From positions 1-40,374 of the IMG/VR virus record IMGVR_UViG_3300049795_000021: a stretch of DNA of 40,374 nt, one strand, 5' to 3'. Shown here one piece after another: positions 7,090 through 15,301 of this stretch (the stretch's first letter is position 1; the number at the start of each line of letters is the position of its first letter). Under the pieces are notes generated by a model. The model did not search any database and was not told where the DNA came from. It saw nothing but the letters and a program-made list of their open reading frames with translations. The position numbers and the translations under genes are program-made. Source of the DNA: a virus.

Positions 7090-8468
7090 GGCGTGCTGCT
7101 GTTCTCGCAGTCGTTCTCGCTTGGCTCCTGGTCGCGCCTGTCGATGCCAATCCGCCGCCCTGTCACGGCCAGATTTGTCCGCCGCCGGGGCCGGTAGCGA
7201 TGGGGCGCTTGAAAACGGCTGGTGCCGAGAGTCTCGACGTCAACGGGCTCGGGATCGAGGGGTTCGCGGCGAGCGCAGCCGGCGCGACTATCTCCACGCT
7301 CGTTCAGCGAACGGGATTGGCGTCATTCAAGGTGACCAATAACAGTAATGGAAACAACGGCGTCTGGAGTGGCCTGAGCACGGACGCCAATGTACTTGCC
7401 AGGTCCTATTTCTTTCGGATGTACTTCAGGATCGAAGTAGCTCCCTCCAGTGTCGAGACGATCTTCTCCACCGAGGATTTGCAGAACGCGGGCTTCAACC
7501 TCCAGCTCGGAACGGACCAAACCATCCAGTTGCGCGGCACCACGACTACGATCGGGAGTCCAAGCGCCGCGCTCGCTCTCAATACGTGGTACCGGGTCGA
7601 GGTATCCTGGAAGATCGGCTCTGGCTCGCTGGATGACAGCGTCGAATTTCGTCTCGATGGCGCGACGATCGCCTCCTCCACCAATGGGACGTGGTTCACG
7701 GTAGCCGCTGGACTTGTCGCGTTCGGAGCAATAAAGACGACGTCGACGGGCAGTATCTATTACTTCGACGACGTCGCTCTCAACGATGACCAAGGAGCCA
7801 GTCAGAACTCATGGCCCGGCGCCGGCAGCGTCGCCCTTCTTCTGCCGATCAGCGACAGCGCCGTGGGTGCAGGCTGGACGCTCGGCACTGGCACGGCCAT
7901 TAGCGCCAACGGTTTCGGCTCTGTCGATAACACACCACCAACGGGCGTTGCCGACCTCGCTGCGGGCTCCGATCCCAAACAGATCCGCAATGCCAGCGCG
8001 AACGCCAACACGAACTACGACGCGAACCTGACGACATATTTCAACGCGGGCATCGGGCCGAACAGTGTCGTCAATGTCCTCGTGCCCATCGTCGCAACGG
8101 CAGCGCCGGTGACGACGTCCTCCAAACAGGGCACCGTCGGCATCGTGAGCAACCCAACCATCGCCAATATCGCTTTGGGAGCAGGTGGCACCGCGGGCGC
8201 GTTCTGGTCCGGCGCGGCGGGAGCGGGGTATGCGACAGGTTGGAAGGTCTCGTTCGGGACCACAACGTACGCCCCGGCCGTCACCGTCACCACGTCTCCG
8301 GTCATGCGGATCACCCAGGTGACATCTTCCACCCGCATCGCGGTCGTCTGCTTCATGGGCATGTACGTCGACTACACGCCCGGCGGCAACCTGCCCGGAA
8401 CGGGCTTCGGCAAGACGAGCCAGGTGCGCGGTATCCGGGCCACGATCGCCCGATCGGACTTCTGGTAG
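7086..8468 (+). CDS. LamG / concanavalin-A-like lectin-fold protein with a signal-peptide-like N-terminus
   Basis: GTG 7086 overlaps the upstream stop (GTGA). The N-terminus is (M)RRAAVLAVVLAWLLVAPVDA followed by NPPPCHGQICPPPGP. The LamG-like core includes FFRMYFRIEV, NTWYRVEVSW, VEFRLDG and IYYFDDVALND. ATG 7200 is an alternative start. GC3 is visibly lower than in neighbouring genes. Confidence 0.65.
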   Translation: MRRAAVLAVVLAWLLVAPVDANPPPCHGQICPPPGPVAMGRLKTAGAESLDVNGLGIEGFAASAAGATISTLVQRTGLASFKVTNNSNGNNGVWSGLSTDANVLARSYFFRMYFRIEVAPSSVETIFSTEDLQNAGFNLQLGTDQTIQLRGTTTTIGSPSAALALNTWYRVEVSWKIGSGSLDDSVEFRLDGATIASSTNGTWFTVAAGLVAFGAIKTTSTGSIYYFDDVALNDDQGASQNSWPGAGSVALLLPISDSAVGAGWTLGTGTAISANGFGSVDNTPPTGVADLAAGSDPKQIRNASANANTNYDANLTTYFNAGIGPNSVVNVLVPIVATAAPVTTSSKQGTVGIVSNPTIANIALGAGGTAGAFWSGAAGAGYATGWKVSFGTTTYAPAVTVTTSPVMRITQVTSSTRIAVVCFMGMYVDYTPGGNLPGTGFGKTSQVRGIRATIARSDFW

Positions 8469-9575
8469 ATGGCACGCGCCGGACGCGCACAACCGATCCA
8501 CGTCAAGCCGCCCAAGCCACCGAAGGGCGGCGGGGCCAGCTTCACCGCGGTCGATAGCCTATCGGCTGAGTCGGACCTGGCGACCAAGACGGCTGGTGCG
8601 CCATCACGTACCGGAGCCGACAGTCTGGCGGCCGTCTCCGAGGTTGTCACCCGCGCAGCAACGGCGCGCAGTCGCACGGGTACGGATTCGCTCACCGCGC
8701 TGACCGATGCCGCCACTCGCACCGGCTCCGCCGCATCACGCACCGGAACGGATGCGCTCGCGGCCCTGACGGATACGGCGACTCGATCGGCGGTGGCACG
8801 ATCCCGAACGGGACCCGACTCGCTCGCGGCTCTCTCCGATGCCGCCACGCGAGCGGGGCAGACGTCCTCCCGGACGACCGCAGATAGCCTATCGGCCGAG
8901 ACCGATGCGGCGACGCGGGCCGGAGCGAGCGCCAGCCGAACCGGTTCCGATGCATTGAGCGCAGCAAGCGATGCCGCGACACGGGCCGCCGCGAGCTCGA
9001 CGAGGACGGGCACGGATGCGCTTGGCGCTCTCACGGATGCCGCTTCCCGCTCCGCTTCGGCCGCCAGTCGGACCAGCAGCGATGCTCTGACCGCCCTGAC
9101 AGATGCGGCGACCCGAGGCACATCGAACGCCCGGACCGGCTCAGACACTCTCGTAGCGTCGGCCGACATCGCGACGCGGGCCACGGCGACCAACACACGG
9201 AGCGCCTCGGACAGCCTCGCCGCTCTCGTCGATGTCGCGATGGGGGATGTCAGCGACCTCCGCACCGCCGCCGATGTCCTCGTATCGCTGGCAGACGTTG
9301 CCAGCCGATCTGCCGCTGCGACATCGCGGACGGCTGCTGATGCGCTGGACGCCTCAAGCGACATCGCAACATCGTTCGCCTCGGCGTCGCGAACCGCCAG
9401 CGATGTGCTCATTGCGTCCACGGATATCGCCCAGGCTGTCGGCATCGCGCAGGTCGTCGCGTCGGTCGGCGGAGGTGGACGCAACCGACGCCGGCACTTC
9501 ATCCCGGTCATTCCGATTATCCCCATTCAGATCGAGGACGAGGACCTGATCCTCCTCCTCTTGGAGGCTGCGTGA
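8469..9575 (+). CDS. Ser/Thr/Ala-rich protein built from about 14 tandem 22-aa repeats, with a hydrophobic-acidic C-terminus
   Basis: The ATG immediately follows the upstream TAG, and the stop overlaps the next start. The repeat unit is like SRTGTDSLTALTDAATRTGSAA. The C-terminus is RNRRRHFIPVIPIIPIQIEDEDLILLLLEAA. Confidence 0.7.
   Translation: MARAGRAQPIHVKPPKPPKGGGASFTAVDSLSAESDLATKTAGAPSRTGADSLAAVSEVVTRAATARSRTGTDSLTALTDAATRTGSAASRTGTDALAALTDTATRSAVARSRTGPDSLAALSDAATRAGQTSSRTTADSLSAETDAATRAGASASRTGSDALSAASDAATRAAASSTRTGTDALGALTDAASRSASAASRTSSDALTALTDAATRGTSNARTGSDTLVASADIATRATATNTRSASDSLAALVDVAMGDVSDLRTAADVLVSLADVASRSAAATSRTAADALDASSDIATSFASASRTASDVLIASTDIAQAVGIAQVVASVGGGGRNRRRHFIPVIPIIPIQIEDEDLILLLLEAA
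8538..9452 (+). repeat. About 14 diverged tandem repeats of 66 nt (some 63 nt), in-frame and coding
   Basis: Amino acids 24-328 of the 8469..9575 product parse into units that all keep the G-x-D-x-L ... D-x-A-[TS]-R register. Confidence 0.8.
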
Positions 9576-10651
9576 TGGCAGAAGGAACCATCGGCGGGAC
9601 ACCGATCAGCGAGCTTCCCGCGTCGTCGTTCGCGTACTGCGAAGCAGGATCCGAGGCCGTTTCGACGCGCTGCCACTTCCCGATCCGTGACAAATCGGGC
9701 AAGGCCGACGCGGCGCACGTCCGGAATGCGCTTGCACGGCTGTCCGGGTCGCCCTTCGAGGCCAAGGCTCGCCCGAAGGTCGAGGCGGCGGCGAAGGAAA
9801 TCGGCATCGGGCAACCCGGCGCGCAGAAGGCCGAGCCGATGACGACGAGCCAGCTCGACCGCTGGTTGTCCGGCAAGGTCCCGCGACGCATCCTCATGCT
9901 GCCGTTCGGCGGACCGCTGTCGGACGGCAAGGCTGGAGTGGACATCGACTACGAATACTTCGACGAGACAACGGACATCTACGGTCCGTTCCCGACCCTG
10001 CGCGCATCGCGTGAGCGCGTCGTCGACTGGCACCACGATGATGACGACGTGCCGTCACAGGTCGCCCGCAATGGCGATCCCAAACTGCTCTCAATGAAGG
10101 GCGCAATCCTCGGTCACCTCAATTTTGACGAGGACCCCGAGGCCGACGGCTATTGGGCCGACTGGTGGGCAAACGCCGGCGAGAAACGTCGTCGTCTGAT
10201 CGCCCTGCTCGACCGCAAAGGCGTGCCGATGTATGGCTCGACCCAGTCGGTCGCCAAGGCCCGCCTCCTGTGGCCGCCGGAGGCCGACGGACGGATCCCC
10301 GTCTGGCCGGTCATCCGCCACACGATCTCCACCAGTCCACAGAACACCTACGCCGTCGTGCCCGCCCTGAAGGCGACGCTTGCGGCCACCAACCTTGACG
10401 AGATCCCGGCCGAGGCGCTCAAGGCGCTGCTGGTCGGACTCGACGCGGATACGACGGAGCTTCTTCTCAGCTCGCCAGAGGCGGCGGTACGCGCTTCCGT
10501 CCTGGCCGGTGCAGAAGCGGTGAAGGCGGGTCGCGTTCTATCGAAGAAGAACATCGACGATCTGCAGGCGGCGATCGGGCTCCTATCGGACCTCCTGTCC
10601 AGGGGTGTCCTGCTGCCGGCTGCGGACACAGGAGACGAATTGACACCATGA
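9572..10651 (+). CDS. Prohead (capsid maturation) protease / scaffold-like protein (putative)
   Basis: 359 aa, directly upstream of and coupled to the major capsid gene. The N-terminal AAHVRNALARL motif is common in phage head-assembly proteins. The central region LMLPFGGPLSDGKAGVDIDYEYF ... VDWHHD ... YGSTQSV resembles actinophage maturation proteases. Confidence 0.5.
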   Translation: MMAEGTIGGTPISELPASSFAYCEAGSEAVSTRCHFPIRDKSGKADAAHVRNALARLSGSPFEAKARPKVEAAAKEIGIGQPGAQKAEPMTTSQLDRWLSGKVPRRILMLPFGGPLSDGKAGVDIDYEYFDETTDIYGPFPTLRASRERVVDWHHDDDDVPSQVARNGDPKLLSMKGAILGHLNFDEDPEADGYWADWWANAGEKRRRLIALLDRKGVPMYGSTQSVAKARLLWPPEADGRIPVWPVIRHTISTSPQNTYAVVPALKATLAATNLDEIPAEALKALLVGLDADTTELLLSSPEAAVRASVLAGAEAVKAGRVLSKKNIDDLQAAIGLLSDLLSRGVLLPAADTGDELTP

Positions 10652-12117
10652 GCGACGAAAAGGAGATCGGCGAGCAGATCGCCGAACTGACCGGCGAGCT
10701 TCGGAAGATCTCCGAACGCCGGACCGAGGCCCTCAAGGCTTCGACGGCTGACGGCGGGCGGGCTGCCGCAGCCGATGACGGAGCGAAGGACGTCAGCGCC
10801 CAACTGGTGGACCTGACGCGACAGGTTGCCGCCCTCCGCGGCGAGGACGACAAGAAGGCGTCGGACGCGGCGCGCAAGGCCGAGATCGAGGACGCCGTCA
10901 AGGCTGTCCTCAAGAACACCCGCAGCGCATCGCTGGCGGGCGCCATCGGCACCGGCTCGACGGGCGAGATCGACGACAGTCGCCTGATCCCGCAGGCCGC
11001 CACCCCGGCGCACCCGGCCCTCAAGGCACTGTTCCGCGATTACGTCGGCGGCGAGATCGTCAGCGGCTTCGTGGACAAGCTGTGGGGCACGCACGCGTCC
11101 GACTTCGCGATGGTCGGCCGCGGCAAGGCCAAGCTCGACGAGCTCGGCATGTTCTGGTCGGACCTTCCGCCCGAGAGCAAGGCCACCCTCGGCAACACCG
11201 GCGCGGCGGGTGGATACGTCCTGCCGAACAATCTTGTGGACACGGTCGTCAAGCCGTCCGTTCAGGAGGCTGTCTATCAGACGATCATCACCGTTCGCAA
11301 CGGCGTCAACGTCCGCGGCGTCGATCAGCCGTATCGCACCGGCGCGCCGACCCGGATGACGTTCCAGGCATGGGGCGTCGCGAAGGAGAACCTCGACGAG
11401 GCCTACGGGAGCTACTCGGCGGCCCTCGGCACGATGGCCCGCATCTACGATGTCGGCAAGCAATATCTCCGCTTCTCGCAGGGTGCGGCCGAGCAGGACG
11501 TCATGGACGAACTCGGCAAGGCCGCCATCCTCGGGGAGAACTTCTACATCCTCGCGGGCCTCGGTACGGGCACCGGTCCGTCCGGCGATCCGACGACGGG
11601 CGTCTACACCGCCCTCGCGGCGGCCGTGGCGGGCTACACCACCACGTTCACCGGATCGAGCTCCACGGTCGCCGGCTCCGCCGCGGCCGGTCTTGCCACG
11701 GCCTTCGGGGCGATGGCGACCCGTTCCCGGCGGCCCACGGCCGTCGTGACCGATGCCGTGACCTACTGGACGCTGTTCAGTCAGGGCTCGGACAACGCGG
11801 GCTTCTGGATGTCGGACCTGCTGGGCGCCGGGTTCCAGATCGGACCGGACAACTCCCTCCGCTGGAGGGGCGTGCCGATCCTGTACGACGCCAACTACAA
11901 CACCAACACCGGGACCACGAAGGGCGCGATCGCCGGCGACTGGCCGGCCCTCAAGCTCTATCGTGGCGCCGAGTTCCGGATCGACACCTCCGACCAGGCC
12001 GGCAGCCGCTGGGACAACAACCTCGTTGGGTTTAGGGGTGAGCAAGAGATCGGAATCAACGCCTCAACGGCCGTGTCGGTCGGGGCATTCCAGCGGATCA
12101 CCGGGCTGATCCCCTGA
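10648..12117 (+). CDS. Major capsid protein, HK97-fold type, with an N-terminal coiled-coil (delta/scaffold-like) domain
   Basis: 489 aa. Charged helical N-terminus (EIGEQIAELTGELRKISERRTEALKA). The C-terminal region is typical of HK97-like capsids (FRIDTSDQAGSRWDNNLVGFRGEQEIG). Position fits the head module. Confidence 0.8.
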   Translation: MSDEKEIGEQIAELTGELRKISERRTEALKASTADGGRAAAADDGAKDVSAQLVDLTRQVAALRGEDDKKASDAARKAEIEDAVKAVLKNTRSASLAGAIGTGSTGEIDDSRLIPQAATPAHPALKALFRDYVGGEIVSGFVDKLWGTHASDFAMVGRGKAKLDELGMFWSDLPPESKATLGNTGAAGGYVLPNNLVDTVVKPSVQEAVYQTIITVRNGVNVRGVDQPYRTGAPTRMTFQAWGVAKENLDEAYGSYSAALGTMARIYDVGKQYLRFSQGAAEQDVMDELGKAAILGENFYILAGLGTGTGPSGDPTTGVYTALAAAVAGYTTTFTGSSSTVAGSAAAGLATAFGAMATRSRRPTAVVTDAVTYWTLFSQGSDNAGFWMSDLLGAGFQIGPDNSLRWRGVPILYDANYNTNTGTTKGAIAGDWPALKLYRGAEFRIDTSDQAGSRWDNNLVGFRGEQEIGINASTAVSVGAFQRITGLIP

Positions 12118-12118
12118 T

Positions 12119-12742
12119 ATGAGCGTCTCCGCCGCTTTCCTGGTCAAGGACCCGCCGCTGGACCGGCTGGCGCTCCTCGTGGAGTACCTCCGGCCAATCG
12201 TGACGGAATTCGTCATCGTGGTCGATGACCGGACGGCGGCGGAGACGCTCGATCTGCTGTCCACCTGGCGGGGCGTGACCTGCGTCCCGTTCCGCTGGGT
12301 GGACGATTTCTCCGAGGCGCGGAACGCCGCGCTTCCCCATTGCTCGGGCGACTGGATCCTGCATCTCGACCCCGACGAGCTGCCCACGGCGGCGATGCTC
12401 GCGTTCATCGCGATGGTCGATGCCCAGCCACAGGAGGACGTCGACTGGCAGGGCTCGCGGTACATGGCCCCGCGGGGCTACCTGTTCTTCACGCAGAGCT
12501 ATTACGACGGCACACAGGCCTCCGAATGGGAGGAGCACTGGCACTGCCGGCTCTTCCGGAAGGGCTCGGTCTGGTACAAGCCGGTCCACGAGCAGGTCAT
12601 GCTCGAAGGGATGCCCGAGAGCCGGACTCGCGGCACGCCGCTGCTCCCGAAGGCACCCCGTTCGGCGTTCCTCATCCACTCGCGAATGAACGACGCGGCC
12701 AAGGATGAGCAGTACGCCGCGCTCAGCCTGGTGCCGGCGTGA
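12119..12742 (+). CDS. Glycosyltransferase family 2-like (GT-A fold)
   Basis: 207 aa. The start is 2 nt after the capsid stop. Motifs VIVVDDRT, DDFSEARNAAL and GDWILHLDPDE (DxD-type). Confidence 0.7.
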   Translation: MSVSAAFLVKDPPLDRLALLVEYLRPIVTEFVIVVDDRTAAETLDLLSTWRGVTCVPFRWVDDFSEARNAALPHCSGDWILHLDPDELPTAAMLAFIAMVDAQPQEDVDWQGSRYMAPRGYLFFTQSYYDGTQASEWEEHWHCRLFRKGSVWYKPVHEQVMLEGMPESRTRGTPLLPKAPRSAFLIHSRMNDAAKDEQYAALSLVPA

Positions 12743-13437
12743 AGTACCTCATCTGGTCCTACGATTATGACCACGCCTCGGCTGGCCCAAAGGCCCTTCA
12801 CCGTCTCTGCCACGAGTTGAACATGGCCGGGCAGGAGGCGTACGTCGGGCCGTGGACAACGAATCCAGACTGGATCACGCCCGTTCATGATGCTCCGTTG
12901 TCGGGCGACTGGACGGCCGTCTACCCCGAGATCGTCAGGGGCAACCCGTGGAATGCGCCGCATGTAGCGCGTTGGGTCCTGAATACGCCCGGCCTGCTCG
13001 GCGGCGACCCGACGTACGACGCGTCCGAGATCGTGTTTGCGTGGCACTCCGAGTTCCTGTCGGGCGTCCCGCTGCTCGAACTTCCGACGATCGAGACGGA
13101 CATCTACACCGACCGCCACGAGTCACGGTCGGGTGAGGCGTTCTACATCGGCAAGGGGTACGGGGAGTGGCCCGGCGCAGAGGTCATCACCCTTGCGATG
13201 CGCCGTGACCGCCACGCGCTGGCCGACTTGCTCAACCGCGTCACTCTGCTCCACACGTTCGACGACACGACCGCAATGATCCTGATCGCCGCGTTGTGCG
13301 GCTGTTCGGTCCATGTCGTGTCGAGCGGGGTGACGATCGACCCAGCGGGCGCGCGCGATGACTACTTCCGCCGCGCCGCCCGATCCGGTGAGCAGCTCGC
13401 CGGCTTCATTCAGGCGACGGACCTGGTGCCGGCGTGA
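12739..13437 (+). CDS. Hypothetical protein within the glycosyltransferase cassette. Possibly an uncharacterised transferase.
   Basis: GTGA overlap start. 232 aa. No canonical motif. It has the same LVPA C-terminus and 16-nt junction sequence as the upstream gene. Confidence 0.55.
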   Translation: MKYLIWSYDYDHASAGPKALHRLCHELNMAGQEAYVGPWTTNPDWITPVHDAPLSGDWTAVYPEIVRGNPWNAPHVARWVLNTPGLLGGDPTYDASEIVFAWHSEFLSGVPLLELPTIETDIYTDRHESRSGEAFYIGKGYGEWPGAEVITLAMRRDRHALADLLNRVTLLHTFDDTTAMILIAALCGCSVHVVSSGVTIDPAGARDDYFRRAARSGEQLAGFIQATDLVPA

Positions 13438-14090
13438 TCGCCGCCATCATCCCGACTCGCTACCACCCGCCCGAGTTGGACGTGCTGCTTGATGTGCTGC
13501 GAGGCGACGGAGTGCAACCGATCGTCCTCGGATCGGGGTTGTTCGATCACCAGATCTACCGGATGTGGAACGCGGGCAGCGACGCAACTAGCGCACGGAC
13601 CGTCGCCATCCTCAACGATGACATCACGCTCCTGCCCGGCTCGCTTCCGCTCATGGAGCGCATCTTGTGGTCGAACCCTCCGCCATTCGGTTGGGTCGCA
13701 CCCGAATGGCCGCAATTGGCGGTCGTCTACCCCGACATGACGGCCGAGTGGAGCCTGCCGGCGGAGCCCATGGTTCAGCGCACGACGGGGACGTGGGGGG
13801 GCGGCGGGATGACCGGCTTCTGCTTCATGTTCCGGACCGACCTCCTGCTTCCGCGCTTCGACGAGGGCTACCACTGGTGGTACGGCGACGACGCCTTCGA
13901 GTTGGGCGTCAGGGATGCCGGCTACGGCGTCGGGCGGGTCGTCGGGGTTCCGGTGCGTCACGAGCCGAACGGAACGGCCTCCCGTCATTGGGATGAGCTA
14001 CAACCGCTGATCGAGCAGGATCGCGCGCGCTGGGACGCCTCGTGGAACGCTCGCCATGCCGCTATCGCGCACCGGGAGCGGGGCGAATGA
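13434..14090 (+). CDS. Glycosyltransferase family 2-like (GT-A fold)
   Basis: GTGA overlap start. 218 aa. N-terminal IAAIIPTRY, VAILNDDI (DxD-like), and GGGMTGFCFMFR plus WWYGDDAFE, typical of GT2. Confidence 0.6.
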   Translation: MIAAIIPTRYHPPELDVLLDVLRGDGVQPIVLGSGLFDHQIYRMWNAGSDATSARTVAILNDDITLLPGSLPLMERILWSNPPPFGWVAPEWPQLAVVYPDMTAEWSLPAEPMVQRTTGTWGGGGMTGFCFMFRTDLLLPRFDEGYHWWYGDDAFELGVRDAGYGVGRVVGVPVRHEPNGTASRHWDELQPLIEQDRARWDASWNARHAAIAHRERGE

Positions 14091-15301
14091 CGCGGCTGCT
14101 GTTCCTCGGCGACCTGGCACGCACCGGGTTCGGGACGGTGACGATGGATCTCGGGCAGGCGTTGCTCGACCTCGGCATCGACGTCCGCTTCTGCTCGCTG
14201 TCCGAGACGCCGGGGGAGTTGCCGGAGCCGTTCGCCTCGCGGACGGCCCTGCTCGGCTCGCCGGGCGGATGGCTGGACGAGACCAACCCCGAAACGGTCG
14301 GTCGCCTCGAAGGGATGTTCCTAGGTTCGCTGTTCGAAGACGGCTGGACACCCGACATCGGGCTCGTCACGGGCGACATCGGCTCGCTCAAGATCAGCCC
14401 GGTCCTGCAGTTCATCCCCGAGGGCTTCCCGGTCCTCCACTACGTGCCGATCGAGGGGATCGGGCTCCCGCCGTCATGGGCCGCTGTCTGGCGCAAGGTG
14501 CAGCCGGTCGCCATGAGCCAGTTCGGCGCGGATGAGATCGCTAAGGTGACCGGCCATCGTCCTCCGGTTGTCTATCACGGCGTCGATCCGCTGTTCCACC
14601 CGGCCTCGGTCGAGTCCCCGATCCGGATCGACGGCAAGCGTCTTCGGGCGCGCGAGGCGTGTCGCAGGTTCTTCGGCGGCGATCCCGACGACATCTGGCT
14701 TCTCCGGACGGACCGCCATATGCCGCGCAAGGCGTACGGCTCGCTCCTCCGCTCGATCGCGCCGGTCCTCAGAGGACACCCGAACGTCAAGCTGATCCTC
14801 CACTGCCGGACGATGGACGGCGGCGGGGACATGCGTGACGAAATCAGCAAGTACGGAGTCCTGTCCCGCCAGATCGTCATGACCGGCTTCATGGACCCGC
14901 CGTTGGGAGGGTTGCAGCGCGAGGCGCTGGCGGCGCTCTACAACGCGGCCGACATCTATGTCTCGGTGTCGGCCGAGGGCTTCGGGTTGACGATCGCCGA
15001 GGCGTTGGCCTGCGGCGTTCCAGCGGTGGGAATGGACTACTCGTCGGTGCCCGAGGTCATCGGACCGGCCGGCGTGCTGGTTCCCATCGCGGGGCTCATC
15101 GACAACATCTACTCGTACTTCTGGGCGCGCGTTGACGAACCGAAATTCGGGCAGGCTGTCGAGGGCCTGATCCGCGATGTCGCCAAGCGGCGACTGCTCG
15201 GCGCGCAGGGCCCTCGTCACGTCGCCGCACACTTCTCTTGGCCGAATGCCGCCCGGCAGTTCGTCTCCCTCATTGAGCTTCGAAACGAGGTGGCGGCATG
15301 A
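14087..15301 (+). CDS. Glycosyltransferase family 4 / GT1-like (GT-B fold)
   Basis: ATGA overlap start. 404 aa. C-terminal E-x7-E signature region SVSAEGFGLTIAEALACGVPAVGMDYSSVPEVI. Confidence 0.8.
   Translation: MTRLLFLGDLARTGFGTVTMDLGQALLDLGIDVRFCSLSETPGELPEPFASRTALLGSPGGWLDETNPETVGRLEGMFLGSLFEDGWTPDIGLVTGDIGSLKISPVLQFIPEGFPVLHYVPIEGIGLPPSWAAVWRKVQPVAMSQFGADEIAKVTGHRPPVVYHGVDPLFHPASVESPIRIDGKRLRAREACRRFFGGDPDDIWLLRTDRHMPRKAYGSLLRSIAPVLRGHPNVKLILHCRTMDGGGDMRDEISKYGVLSRQIVMTGFMDPPLGGLQREALAALYNAADIYVSVSAEGFGLTIAEALACGVPAVGMDYSSVPEVIGPAGVLVPIAGLIDNIYSYFWARVDEPKFGQAVEGLIRDVAKRRLLGAQGPRHVAAHFSWPNAARQFVSLIELRNEVAA

Noticed and set aside
8372-9526. 384-aa minus-strand ORF across the 66-nt repeat region
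   Set aside because: It is the antisense reading of the repeats. The + strand frame is translationally coupled to both neighbours and has non-repetitive N- and C-termini.
10348-12045. 565-aa ORF on the minus strand opposite the major capsid gene
   Set aside because: The product is extremely R/G/A/P-rich and has no start context. It lies antisense to a strongly supported capsid gene. It is a typical long antisense open frame in high-GC DNA.
12502-13119. 205-aa minus-strand ORF inside the glycosyltransferase cassette
   Set aside because: It lies antisense to two translationally coupled + strand genes with recognisable GT motifs and has artefact-like composition.
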